The notes: generated by a model not told the origin, from the letters alone. A stretch of DNA of 64,000 nucleotides from Lachnospiraceae bacterium (GCA_017994075.1 JAGOLM010000002.1:6636-70635); one strand, 5' to 3'; counted from the first letter of the stretch, positions 1 to 9,916 are shown. Translations and numbers: made by a program.

Positions 1-833
1 AGTTCACCTACCAGATTTTCTATATTTTCAAGGGTCTCGTCTACTTCCCCTGCTTCGGTAGCTTGCATAATCTCATCTATATTTTTTCTAATTTCAGCTT
101 GAAGATTAACCGTATCAAATTTGCCAGGAGCTGCCTCTGGAACAGGAATCTTATCCTTAAGTGGATGATATTCCTGTTCTGTCCCATCATTTTCCTGATC
201 TTCTTCTTTTTGCAGACCTCTGATTCTTCTGTACTGTCTTTCCTGCTCATCATTTAGAGGGTGATACAGCATTTTTAATTCCAGAGCCTTTTCAACATAT
301 GGACCATCGCCATAATAAAGTGCTATTTCATCGCACAAAGACATGCATTTATCAACCTGACCTGTCTTGTTATACAGATATGCAAGTTGATATGCCCATT
401 CATCAACAAACTCATTTTCTTTTAATTCTTCGAGTATAGCTATCAGTGTATATTCATCTGCTCCTCTAGCCTTGGCCAAGTGATATTTAAGTACAAATTT
501 TTGAAAATCATGTGGAGCTATCTCTATATAATCTTCATAATACTTTTTCGCCTCTTCATACTCACTTCGTCTGACACACAGCAAGCAAAGATGATAAAGA
601 ACTACTCTTCCCATAGGGGATTTTTCATGTGCCATGAGAAGAAGATCTTTTGCATCTTCCACTCTGCCGCATGCTTCATATAATTCACTTGCCTGAACTA
701 TAGCACTGATATTATGAATTTTTCTCCAGTTCATGTTGTCGAGTCCTGAGAGTGCCTCTTCCTCTCGACCTTCTGCAAGGAGTCCCGCCATGTTCCTTAT
801 TTCATCTCTATAATCCTGTCCGAATCCACTCAC
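1..833 (-). CDS. Tetratricopeptide-repeat-like protein, 3' part runs off the window
   Basis: Not in the ORF track. GTG at 833 follows AAAGGAG. The frame I read (MSGFGQDYRDEIRNMAGLLAEGREEEAL...YEEAKKYYEDYIEIAPHD...WAYQLAYLYNKTGQVDKC) has TPR-like helix pairs and no stop in the part translated. Confidence 0.75.
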   Translation of the reverse strand, partial: MSGFGQDYRDEIRNMAGLLAEGREEEALSGLDNMNWRKIHNISAIVQASELYEACGRVEDAKDLLLMAHEKSPMGRVVLYHLCLLCVRRSEYEEAKKYYEDYIEIAPHDFQKFVLKYHLAKARGADEYTLIAILEELKENEFVDEWAYQLAYLYNKTGQVDKCMSLCDEIALYYGDGPYVEKALELKMLYHPLNDEQERQYRRIRGLQKEEDQENDGTEQEYHPLKDKIPVPEAAPGKFDTVNLQAEIRKNIDEIMQATEAGEVDETLENIENLVGE

Positions 834-852
834 TTTAGGTATGCTCCTTTAT

Positions 853-2220
853 TTATTCCTTGTGTTTACCTTTATTAATTTTATTGAATATATTTTCAAA
901 TATAAGTATTTTTTTCTTTTCTGCCCTTGGATTTAATACAAATTCGTTTGTCTCCGGATCAACATCTTTTAAATTTTCGTAAATCATCGTTTCTGTCGGA
1001 AGATCTTTTCTGGCTGCTAAATTCACAAAAACCTTACTCAATATATAGTAAGCCAACGCAACCACGGGAACTCCAAACAGCATTCCAAAGAATCCAAAGA
1101 ATCCTCCACCTATAACAATTGAAAACAATACCCAAAAAGCAGATACTCCCGTTGAATCTCCAAGAATCTTCGGTCCTATAACGTTACCATCAAGCTGCTG
1201 TAATATTATTACAAATATCAAGAAATAGATCCCCTGCATGGGATTCGTAAAGAATATTATTGTAACCGTTGGTACCGCTCCAATATAAGGTCCAAATACC
1301 GGGATTACATTCGTAACACCTATTATAACAGAAACGAGAACCGGGTATGGCATTCTGAGTATCAGCATACATACATAGCATATAAGTCCAATGATTATTG
1401 AATCAATGATTTTTCCTACAAAGAAACCATAGAAAATATCATTAGCCTTTCTCATTATATCCATAACTTGATTCGAAACTCTTACCGGGCATGCTCCATA
1501 AAGCATCTTTTTTAGTATTGCCTTATACTTTTCCTTGTCTATCATGAAATATATAGCTGCAAATAGACCTATGAGTATCTGAGCAAATATTTTTCCTACA
1601 TCAATTACACCTGATGTTATCTGCTTTACCATATTGGAGGTTTCTCCCCAATTCAAATAATTCATTACAATGTTTTTGGTCTTAGCAAGAAAGCTCTCAA
1701 TATTATTTATCTGTTTAGCATCAGTAAGTGCAGCTGTAAATCTCTTGCCCGTAATATTATCGGCCCAATCAAGCACATTGACCAACTGTTCTTCAATATG
1801 ATTAAAAATATATGTTAGAGTCTGTACTATCTGAGGAACTACCGCCCACAAAAACACCATGATCAAAGCAATTAATATGGCTGTTGAAATAATTGAGGAA
1901 AAAATCCTTATTCGCTTTTTGGCACCTTCACTATTTTTCACTCTTGGAAGTATAAGATTTCTCAAATGTCTTTCAAAAAATGACATAACCGGAGTCAAAA
2001 TAAAAGCTGTGGCAAATCCAATAACAAATGGCCTAAATACAACGTTAATTGTATCCAACACATTTTTTAGACCTGAATATCTCTTTACGCAAAAGTAAAA
2101 TATTATAATTAAAATCGCTGATATTACTAGCGTTTTAGCAAAAGTATATATATTCTTCTTTTCATTACTACTAAAATTGAAGTCATTTCCTGAAGTGTTG
2201 TCGTCTGTATTCTTTTCCAT
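853..2220 (-). CDS. AI-2E family (PerM/UPF0118) transporter
   Basis: Multiple hydrophobic segments and family motifs NVIPVFGPYIG and QQLDGNVIGPKILGDSTG. Confidence 0.9.
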   Translation of the reverse strand: MEKNTDDNTSGNDFNFSSNEKKNIYTFAKTLVISAILIIIFYFCVKRYSGLKNVLDTINVVFRPFVIGFATAFILTPVMSFFERHLRNLILPRVKNSEGAKKRIRIFSSIISTAILIALIMVFLWAVVPQIVQTLTYIFNHIEEQLVNVLDWADNITGKRFTAALTDAKQINNIESFLAKTKNIVMNYLNWGETSNMVKQITSGVIDVGKIFAQILIGLFAAIYFMIDKEKYKAILKKMLYGACPVRVSNQVMDIMRKANDIFYGFFVGKIIDSIIIGLICYVCMLILRMPYPVLVSVIIGVTNVIPVFGPYIGAVPTVTIIFFTNPMQGIYFLIFVIILQQLDGNVIGPKILGDSTGVSAFWVLFSIVIGGGFFGFFGMLFGVPVVALAYYILSKVFVNLAARKDLPTETMIYENLKDVDPETNEFVLNPRAEKKKILIFENIFNKINKGKHKE

Positions 2221-2252
2221 TCTTATCTCCGTTAATTTAATGTTTACATTTT

Positions 2253-4538
2253 TTATGCTCTATAATAATTTATCAAGCAGCCTTTCAAAATGATTTCTCT
2301 TTCATCGTAGGTCAATGAATCTATATTCAGATTGATTTTTTTGATTTCAGTTCCTGATACTACAAACGCTTCAAAGCTGTCACTTCCGGAGTCTATTCCT
2401 TTTCTTATATTTTTCACATAAATATAATCACCATTTTTAAATGGAAGCTCTCCTCTTGGAATAGTAAAGGGTACCATTCCCCAGTTAATTAAATTGGATC
2501 TATATCTTTTGGTTGCATATTCATTGGCAATATTTGCCCATCCTCCCAGTACTTTCTGGCAAGAAGCAGCCTGTTCTCTTGCTGATCCATCACCTGGCTT
2601 TACTGCAAAAATAGTGCTTCCTATTCCAAATGATCTGCTGACATCCATGCCGGCCTTCTCTAGCGTATCCAGTACCGTTCGAATTTCATTTAACTCTTCG
2701 TCAGGCTTTTTGCCTTCTAAAAACAAGTCATATGCTTTTTTTACTTTCTTGGCCCTTTCCACATAGCCAGGGTCCTTTCTAGAAAGTGTGAATTCTGCCA
2801 GTTTAAGTGGATTAGATCTATAGGATGATGTTTCTCCCGAAGGGATAAGTTCATCTGTGGTTGTTACGGGATCATGAATCTCGGCCACGACCTTTAACAG
2901 CATGTTCTCTGGAAGCGGTTGCATCGCCGGCCAATCCTTAATGTTAGGACCAAATTTTAACTCTGTATCAGGATCAGGCTTACCATGACTATCAAATACT
3001 CTGTTCTTATATATCTCTCCGTCAAAATAATATTTTGGCTTGGTGTAATTTCCATCAAAATCTTCTGCTGATGTCAACACTCCATGATTTGCTGCTGTTG
3101 CAGCAATCGATCTTGCATCCATAAGTGCAACCGATGCAATCTGTCCATCCTGAATCTTACTTCCCTCCCTGTTGGGGAAATTCCTGGTGGAATGTCTTAT
3201 TGAAAATGCATTATTACTAGGTGTATCACCTGCTCCAAAGCATGGGCCGCAAAATGCGGTTTTCAGGACGGCACCTGTTTCCATAATGTCGGCTGCAACC
3301 CCATTTTTAAGTATCTGCATATATATAGGCATGCTGGCAGGGTATACACTCAGCGAGAACGCACCATCTCCTATACTGTTACCTCTAAGTATGTCTGCAG
3401 CATCTGTTATATTCTCATAACCGCCACCGGCACATCCCGCAATAATACCCTGATCAACATATAATTTGTGATTTTCTATCTTATCATGAAGTGAAAAATT
3501 AATTTCATTTCCAAAACTTACCTTGGCCTTTTCCTCTGTGTCATGAATTATATCATCCAGATTCTCATACAGTTCCGCTATAGTATATGCATTACTAGGA
3601 TGAAATGGCATAGCGATCATAGGTCTGATCGAAGAAAGATCTACCAATACAAGTCCATCATAATAAGCTACATCTGCCGGTGAAAGCTCTGAATAATCAT
3701 TTACACGTCCATGAATATCATAGAAATCCCTAACTTCATCATCAGTCTTCCATATTGATGAGAGGCAAGTGGTCTCAGTAGTCATTACATCTATTCCGAT
3801 TCTATAATCTATTGATAGATTATCTATTCCAGGACCCACAAATTCCATGATTTTATTTTTTACGATACCCTTGTCAAAAACACTCTTGATTATTGCCAAG
3901 GCAATATCTTGGGGTCCTACCCCCCTATTAGGCTTGCCTGTAAGGTAAATCGCCATTACCTCTGGTCTTTTAATATCATAAGTCTTGTTCAAAAGCTGTT
4001 TAACAAGTTCCGGTCCGCCCTCGCCTATAGCCATCGTTCCAAGCGCACCATATCTGGTATGTGAATCAGAACCTAATATCATATCACCACAACGTGCCAG
4101 CATTTCCCTTGCGAACTGGTGAATTACAGCCATATGTGGCGGCACATACATACCACCATATTTTTTTGCTGCTGATAATCCAAAGACATGATCGTCCTCA
4201 TTAATTGTTCCACCAACAGCACACAGACTGTTATGACAATTCGTCAGCACATATGGCATCGGAAAGCTCTCTAGACCTGATGCTCTTGCTGTCTGAATGA
4301 TTCCTACAAATGTTATATCGTGTGAAGTAAGCTTATCAAAACGGATCTTTAGATTATCCATACTACCCGAAGTGTTGTGTTTTGACAGAATCCCATAGGA
4401 CATAGTACCCTTTGAAGCTTCCTGTGCATCAATGTTTTTTCTCATTGATATAAGCTTCTCTCTGGACTCTGATCCAGCTTCGATTATCTCAGTCTGATTA
4501 ACAAGATAAATGCCATCATTAAATATCTTCATCGTCAT
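2253..4538 (-). CDS. ybhJ: Aconitase-family hydratase (YbhJ/clostridial aconitase type)
   Basis: Motifs [37 protein letters not shown]. Three Fe-S Cys ligands (AGCAGG, FCGPCFG). Swivel domain at the C-terminus. Start could be 4538 or 4532. Confidence 0.8.
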   Translation of the reverse strand: MTMKIFNDGIYLVNQTEIIEAGSESREKLISMRKNIDAQEASKGTMSYGILSKHNTSGSMDNLKIRFDKLTSHDITFVGIIQTARASGLESFPMPYVLTNCHNSLCAVGGTINEDDHVFGLSAAKKYGGMYVPPHMAVIHQFAREMLARCGDMILGSDSHTRYGALGTMAIGEGGPELVKQLLNKTYDIKRPEVMAIYLTGKPNRGVGPQDIALAIIKSVFDKGIVKNKIMEFVGPGIDNLSIDYRIGIDVMTTETTCLSSIWKTDDEVRDFYDIHGRVNDYSELSPADVAYYDGLVLVDLSSIRPMIAMPFHPSNAYTIAELYENLDDIIHDTEEKAKVSFGNEINFSLHDKIENHKLYVDQGIIAGCAGGGYENITDAADILRGNSIGDGAFSLSVYPASMPIYMQILKNGVAADIMETGAVLKTAFCGPCFGAGDTPSNNAFSIRHSTRNFPNREGSKIQDGQIASVALMDARSIAATAANHGVLTSAEDFDGNYTKPKYYFDGEIYKNRVFDSHGKPDPDTELKFGPNIKDWPAMQPLPENMLLKVVAEIHDPVTTTDELIPSGETSSYRSNPLKLAEFTLSRKDPGYVERAKKVKKAYDLFLEGKKPDEELNEIRTVLDTLEKAGMDVSRSFGIGSTIFAVKPGDGSAREQAASCQKVLGGWANIANEYATKRYRSNLINWGMVPFTIPRGELPFKNGDYIYVKNIRKGIDSGSDSFEAFVVSGTEIKKINLNIDSLTYDEREIILKGCLINYYRA

Positions 4539-5163
4539 TATCTTCTTCTCCCGGCATTGCCATTCCCATTTGTTTCAAATAATCCATATTAACTGTAATC
4601 TTGGGTCCTTCATGTTGGTCTTGGCTAGACTCGTATTCCTCTTCTTCTTTTTTGTCTCTTTCCTTTTTCTTTTGGATCCTAAGATTTTCATCCTCAATAA
4701 GTCTAAGATACTTATTGGTATCCTTTAGATCCTCCATTTTGGAAATGAGTTCCATCTGATTATCCTTGGCCTCACTTCTCTGCTTATCAAGTTCATATCT
4801 GGTAGAATCAAAGAGTTCTGTCAAACGTTTCTGAGCCCGGTCTATAGAAACCTGGATCTCGCGAAGTGCCTGATCTGTATAGATAATAGATGCAGCATAT
4901 ATATCTTCCGCATCTCTCTTGGCATCACTTTTTAGTTCTTCGCCTTTTCTTCGTAGTTCCCTATCGGCCTTTTCCTTGGTTTCCTGCGTAAATTCGTACT
5001 CATCCATCATATCACCGACGCAGATACTAAGCTCCTTTAGTAATGCTAAGAAGTCCTGTCTGTCTACAACAACTCGCTTGGAGCTGTTTGGATATGGTTC
5101 AGCTGTCGCAAGATATACGTGTATCTTGCGAAGCACATCTTCTGTTTTATCTTTTGCACCCAT
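4519..5163 (-). CDS. Conserved coiled-coil hypothetical protein
   Basis: 214 aa, highly charged and helical. AGGAG RBS upstream. No catalytic motif recognised. Confidence 0.7.
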   Translation of the reverse strand: MGAKDKTEDVLRKIHVYLATAEPYPNSSKRVVVDRQDFLALLKELSICVGDMMDEYEFTQETKEKADRELRRKGEELKSDAKRDAEDIYAASIIYTDQALREIQVSIDRAQKRLTELFDSTRYELDKQRSEAKDNQMELISKMEDLKDTNKYLRLIEDENLRIQKKKERDKKEEEEYESSQDQHEGPKITVNMDYLKQMGMAMPGEEDNDDEDI

Positions 5164-5230
5164 AAAAACTCCTATTTATCAGAGGATATTATTCAGAGTA
5201 ATTTTATCTGTTTTGTACGTGAAAGTAAAG

Positions 5231-5260
5231 AAAGGAGACGGCTTATTACCGTCTCCTTTT
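5231..5260 (-). terminator. Intrinsic terminator downstream of ffs
   Basis: Stem AAAGGAGACGG/CCGTCTCCTTT with 7-nt loop and T-rich tail on the minus strand. Confidence 0.85.
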
Positions 5261-5284
5261 ATATATATATTATTTACAATAAAA

Positions 5285-5445
5285 TACAGCTGTTAACGGG
5301 CCCCGTACATACCACCGGGTTCCCTACGGCACATGTGCAATCCCTTTTAGTGCTGCTTCATTCCTGATCTGACACGGTTCAAAGGCGCTCATTGCGTAGG
5401 ACCGGAAGTCATCCGGGGTCCATTAACAGCTGTAACTATCCCAAC
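5285..5445 (-). ncRNA. ffs: Signal recognition particle RNA
   Basis: Minus strand carries the helix-8 motif GAACCGTGTCAGATCAGGAATGAAGCAGCAC (GGAA tetraloop). Closing stem TACAGCTGTTAATGG/CCGTTAACAGCTGTA. Own promoter and terminator. Confidence 0.92.
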
Positions 5446-5451
5446 TGAACC

Positions 5452-5480
5452 ATAATATCCAAAAAAACAGTTCTTGTCAA
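5452..5480 (-). promoter_or_regulatory. Sigma-A promoter of ffs
   Basis: TTGACA (5480-5475), 17-nt spacer, TATTAT (5457-5452). Confidence 0.85.
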
Positions 5481-5486
5481 CATAGC

Positions 5487-6662
5487 TTAGGCAAAGCGGT
5501 ATGGTACATCGGCAAAGCTTATGGTGTCCATTTCTTCTAGCTTGACGTATTCTCCGTGTTCCAATCTCCTGCCATTATGATATGTTCCACTTTTTGAATT
5601 CATATCTTTTAAATAAAATCTTCCATTTTTTCTTTCTATTACTGAATGTGTCCTATTTATTTTTAGCGAATGTAACAAAGCATCTGACCTTTTTTTATCT
5701 TTACCTATTTTAAAGACTTTCTGGTCTATACAATAATCATTTTCTCCAGAGTTACCCTCATATATCAGTCTGCCTATAGCTTCATCTTTTTTATTATCAA
5801 GATTTTTACCTGTAATATCTCTTAATTGTGGGAAAAGTTCATATAATCTATCTAGTATCATTTCTATTTTTTCATTCAATTTACGCTTTATTACCTTAAT
5901 GGTTTCCTTAAAGACATCACATTTTTTATTTTTCTTCTGATCCTTTTCACCATCATAACTAACCTTATATATGCCAGCGGGTTCGGGTTCATTTTCATTA
6001 TTACTATCATTATCAAATTCCGGTATTATGGTTTTTCTATTTTTCTCAAAAGAATCTGTACTCGTTTCAATCATTTCCGCAGAAAAAGTATTTCTTATTA
6101 TTTTGTCTTCTATTTTCTCCGTTTTATCCATCTGATTCTTGATTTCTGATATTAGATCAGAGTATAAAAACCCCGGCTCCTGTATCATCTCATATAATTT
6201 ATAACAGATAAATGTTACCTCTTTGTTCCTATGATCAGTATTATTGATTAAATACTCTCCTATTGGAAGAAGTGCGATCCCATTATTGTTTTGAGGAAAA
6301 AAACATAGCCCTATTCCACTATCATTTTCCTTTTTTATAAAAACCGTATCCGGTTGCATAAGAATATGTTCTTCAGATATTAGATACTCCTGAATCTCTT
6401 CAACTGCAAGCTTAAGATATAAAAAGATCTTGTAAAGAATATCAATATTTATTCCCTCCTGAAGCAGGTACTCTTCTAGGGATCTCTGTCCGGTTATATC
6501 GTACCAGTACTGGATCTTTCCATCTTTCTCCACTGAATAAAATGGCAAAAGAGCACCGATGTTATTTTCCTTCATCATCTCTGTCTCATAATTTTCCGGA
6601 TATTTATCACCGTCCAGGATCATAAACCTTTTATTTTTACCTTTTTGATACTGTACCTTCAT
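5487..6662 (-). CDS. FHA-domain protein with N-terminal DUF6382-like domain (Tad-locus associated)
   Basis: C-terminal FHA fold pattern (IGKD...INRTHS...LKDMNSKSGTYHNG). N-terminus YETEMMKENNIGALLPF...YWYDITGQRSL resembles the domain found at the end of clostridial Tad loci. Confidence 0.75.
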   Translation of the reverse strand: MKVQYQKGKNKRFMILDGDKYPENYETEMMKENNIGALLPFYSVEKDGKIQYWYDITGQRSLEEYLLQEGINIDILYKIFLYLKLAVEEIQEYLISEEHILMQPDTVFIKKENDSGIGLCFFPQNNNGIALLPIGEYLINNTDHRNKEVTFICYKLYEMIQEPGFLYSDLISEIKNQMDKTEKIEDKIIRNTFSAEMIETSTDSFEKNRKTIIPEFDNDSNNENEPEPAGIYKVSYDGEKDQKKNKKCDVFKETIKVIKRKLNEKIEMILDRLYELFPQLRDITGKNLDNKKDEAIGRLIYEGNSGENDYCIDQKVFKIGKDKKRSDALLHSLKINRTHSVIERKNGRFYLKDMNSKSGTYHNGRRLEHGEYVKLEEMDTISFADVPYRFA

Positions 6663-6677
6663 ACGTATTGTATCCTC

Positions 6678-6932
6678 CTATTCATTGCCTCTTTCTGATA
6701 CATCTTCTATTATTTCCTGCCCGGTTTTTGATAATCTGAATCTGTTCAGCGTATCAATATCCGAAACGTTTTTCTCTATTTCTGTTGCCGCTTCTGAATA
6801 AACTTGAAAGCTAAGAGTAAGCGCCATTCCTATTATTACAAGGATCATAGACATAACTCCGGCAGCTTCGACAGTATAACTGCCTTTGTGCTGTTTATAT
6901 ATTAGCCTATGCATCAAATATCTTATATTCAA
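6678..6932 (-). CDS. Small TadE-like minor pilin
   Basis: Class III signal HKG|SYTVEAAG (Glu at +5) followed by a hydrophobic helix. Confidence 0.75.
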   Translation of the reverse strand: MNIRYLMHRLIYKQHKGSYTVEAAGVMSMILVIIGMALTLSFQVYSEAATEIEKNVSDIDTLNRFRLSKTGQEIIEDVSERGNE

Positions 6933-7360
6933 CTTAAACTCCCTTTTCCCACGATCAGCATCAATAGACTCCCTGCCATAAGAAATGGAATATATGGGAT
7001 CCTGTCATCTTTTCTTTTTTTCTTGGCAATTATCATTATTCCTCCATATATTGCTAAAAATGTTGTTGATATCCAAATAAGAGCTATATTTCTCCAAAAT
7101 CCTAGAAATATTCCTGTAAGCATAAGCACCAGCCCATCTCCTATACCTATCTTTTCTCCGGTACTCTTACTAATTATTAATACAGCTACACCTGTTCCCA
7201 ATCCGCCAAGTACATCAAAAGTGCCTATTCTCTGAAATATCACATGCATCAGAACACCAATTAATGCAAAGGACAATACCAATATATCTCTGACCTTATG
7301 ACTTTTTATATCTTCTACACTTAATATCCCAAGCATTACTATTAGACTCAGACTTTCCAT
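6929..7360 (-). CDS. A24 prepilin peptidase (second copy)
   Basis: Both catalytic Asp motifs present (SVEDIK, IGIGDG). Start moved to ATG 7360 after AGGAG. Confidence 0.85.
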   Translation of the reverse strand: MESLSLIVMLGILSVEDIKSHKVRDILVLSFALIGVLMHVIFQRIGTFDVLGGLGTGVAVLIISKSTGEKIGIGDGLVLMLTGIFLGFWRNIALIWISTTFLAIYGGIMIIAKKKRKDDRIPYIPFLMAGSLLMLIVGKGSLS

Positions 7361-7374
7361 TTTATCTCCTTTTC

Positions 7375-8241
7375 CTACCTTCCCGAACATTTTGGACATG
7401 GTCTGTATTTCTTAATTGCTTCTTCAAGTGTGATCCGCTGCAATGTTCTTTTTAGACCACTGCATTTTAAACTGCTGTGATAAGTGTTTCCATATGTCGT
7501 GACGTAATAATAAGGTGAATGATCGTTTGCACACATCTCGCACTTGTAGTAGATACCTTGTTGATAATTTCTTACCTTTTTAATACTTTCTTTTGAAACT
7601 TCTTTTATAGATAATTTTAGATATGGACAAGTCTTATTTTGGTGATAGTCCTCTCCCTCCGGGGTAACATAGACATATTCCTTGTTGTCTTCCATATCCG
7701 GAGTCCATCCAACAAACCTCCTGGCTGATGCGACATCATGAACTTTAAAATACTGTTCTGATATCAAGTCTCCTACTATATTCATAGAAAATACGCAGTC
7801 CATATTTATTTCCGTGTCCGTTATCTCCGTTTTTGAAAAATCCAATCCTCCTAACCCACCTTTTATATAAGGAAGTGAAATTGTCCTTTTTTCAATTTCT
7901 TTTTTTGCAGAATTTATTAAGATTGTTTTTTGCAAAAATAAATTTGTTTTATCTTTATTTTCTTCATCACCAGGTATTTTCTCTGTGATTTTATCTGCCA
8001 TTTTTTCAATATTATCTCCAAACGCTGCTGCCTTCCTCGCGGATAACACCATGCTTTCCTTGATGACATATTGCGCTGTGATCAGCCTTATGTATATAAG
8101 AGCCGTTACGAATATAAACATAAATATTGAAAATGAAACTGCTGCCTCTATAGAATATGAAGCTTCTTTTTTTCTCAGGATGAATAACGGTGTCTCTTTT
8201 TTTATTACATAATGCCTAAAGATTGTCTGATCCTGACCCAA
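7375..8241 (-). CDS. tadE: TadE-family minor pilin with tandem C-terminal Cys/His (Zn-binding-like) domains
   Basis: KEA|SYSIEAAV leader plus TM helix. Two YVT..G..YH....C..L...Y..C..C units. TTG start after GAGAGG. Confidence 0.75.
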   Translation of the reverse strand: MGQDQTIFRHYVIKKETPLFILRKKEASYSIEAAVSFSIFMFIFVTALIYIRLITAQYVIKESMVLSARKAAAFGDNIEKMADKITEKIPGDEENKDKTNLFLQKTILINSAKKEIEKRTISLPYIKGGLGGLDFSKTEITDTEINMDCVFSMNIVGDLISEQYFKVHDVASARRFVGWTPDMEDNKEYVYVTPEGEDYHQNKTCPYLKLSIKEVSKESIKKVRNYQQGIYYKCEMCANDHSPYYYVTTYGNTYHSSLKCSGLKRTLQRITLEEAIKKYRPCPKCSGR

Positions 8242-8362
8242 ATTATAAATTTCCTCTCTTTTTTAAAAATTCTATTTTTTAACTACTTGCCTGGATATAT
8301 TTTCTACCCATTTGTGATAATGATATTCTCATCATCTATATAAAAAGAAACACCGTTATTCA
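8181..8362. repeat. 21-bp inverted repeat (one mismatch) enclosing 140 bp
   Basis: 8181-8201 TGAATAACGGTGTCTCTTTTT versus 8342-8362 AAAAAGAAACACCGTTATTCA. Confidence 0.9.
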
Positions 8363-9916
8363 CCCTGTTTTCTTCCTAAGGTAAGTCATCTCCTCGTCCC
8401 TTTGGTATGCATACCCTTTTATAAGTTCTGGCACATCCGTAAAAATCGGGAAAATAGTATCTGCCTTATACTCCATTCGGATTCTGGCGGAATATAATAG
8501 TCGATCCATTCTTATATTCTCCATTCCTTCTAATTGACTAAGGGAATTTTCTATAATATCCATTGTCCTATAGGCAGCAGTTTTCTCGGCTTTAAAATAC
8601 ATAAGAAATCTAATATAACTTTCATAGGATAATCCACTTTCTACCGATTTTGCCTGAGCTCCATCCCGAAGAAGCGTTGGAAGAGAAGTGAGCTCACTTG
8701 TCCATTCTGTTTGAGTTTTAATCAGCGGTACTTTTTTTCCATCCATAATCGCCCTAACATCCAGTACACTTTCCGCATAGGCCCATCCTGCAATTATCCC
8801 TGTCTTTACTGCTTCTATTAAAATTGGATTAGCTGATGCTCCTGCGATTGAAATTGCCAGTGAGCCTGCATCTCCATTCTTGATCGGATCTTTGAAAATA
8901 GCCAAAACATTTTCTGATTCTCTAAATATCAATATCTGATTTATTATTTTTTTTAGGTTCTCGCCATCAGACCCAGAACCTCCCAGTATATATTCCACCT
9001 CATATTTAAGACCTGTAGTCTCTTTTTCATCAGAATACGATGACATTCTATCCATGATATATTCATTAAACATGACTCGATTAATAGCACTTGGGGATTC
9101 TACCTCTTTGGTTCCCTTCTCTATTATTCTTTTCTCTAGAATATTGTCGGTGGACATCACCTTATCCGAAACTTTTTTCCCCTTTGGCAGAAAAAATGAA
9201 AGCGTTTCCTTACCCTTTTGATCCTTCGCCGTTTTCATCGGGTCCTCTGTGTCACCCCATTGCTTTTCGGTGTATTTATTTTTGCTTTGCTCTTGATCCG
9301 TCTTTTCAGAACTATTGGCAAGTTCACTTTTTCCATTTGGTTCTTTGCTTTTTGTTTTTTCTTTTTCTATATCTTGAAGAGCTTTTTCTCCATTTTCTAT
9401 GTCTTGCATCATAGTATCATCAGCTGTTGCTCCAGTTTTGCCTTTATTAACAAGGTTCATCAGTTCATCAACTGTCTTAAGCGGAATGGTTTCAAATTCT
9501 TTTTGAGCTGCAAGCCTGATAAATGCTGATCCGTTATTATCTGTAAGAAGTCCATAATCATCGATGCTGCATGATGACGGAATTGCTCGTATAAAATCTA
9601 TCCCATCATCTATATAAGGATTACCATTCTTTTCCATGGATTTTATAAGCTTCTTTTCAATTCCAGACAGATTATCACTATCCCGTCCAAGGGACATATC
9701 TACCGCCAATATCCCATAATCGTCCCAAAGATTTTTTTGATATATTGATTCAAGATAATCCCTTGATGTATGTGAAATGATCTTGGTCTCCTGTTTTATT
9801 GCAAGCTGCCTGATACCTTCCGCAAGAATAAAAACAACTGACAATGTAAAAAGCAGAATCATTGCCAGGAATATACTTACGCTCCCGCTTCTCTTTTTAT
9901 AGAAAATATTCATCAT
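8360..9916 (-). CDS. Large TadG-like pseudopilin (DUF5702-like)
   Basis: KRSG|SVSIFLAMILL leader. Motifs YEVEYILGG and RESENV...GIIAGWAYAES. Directly downstream of flp. Confidence 0.7.
   Translation of the reverse strand: MMNIFYKKRSGSVSIFLAMILLFTLSVVFILAEGIRQLAIKQETKIISHTSRDYLESIYQKNLWDDYGILAVDMSLGRDSDNLSGIEKKLIKSMEKNGNPYIDDGIDFIRAIPSSCSIDDYGLLTDNNGSAFIRLAAQKEFETIPLKTVDELMNLVNKGKTGATADDTMMQDIENGEKALQDIEKEKTKSKEPNGKSELANSSEKTDQEQSKNKYTEKQWGDTEDPMKTAKDQKGKETLSFFLPKGKKVSDKVMSTDNILEKRIIEKGTKEVESPSAINRVMFNEYIMDRMSSYSDEKETTGLKYEVEYILGGSGSDGENLKKIINQILIFRESENVLAIFKDPIKNGDAGSLAISIAGASANPILIEAVKTGIIAGWAYAESVLDVRAIMDGKKVPLIKTQTEWTSELTSLPTLLRDGAQAKSVESGLSYESYIRFLMYFKAEKTAAYRTMDIIENSLSQLEGMENIRMDRLLYSARIRMEYKADTIFPIFTDVPELIKGYAYQRDEEMTYLRKKTG

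Noticed and set aside
8279-8335. 18-codon ORF MMRISLSQMGRKYIQASS inside the Tad inverted repeat, or a frameshifted 5' extension of tadE
   Set aside because: No RBS. The tadE frame has four stops upstream of TTG 8241, so one frameshift cannot join them.
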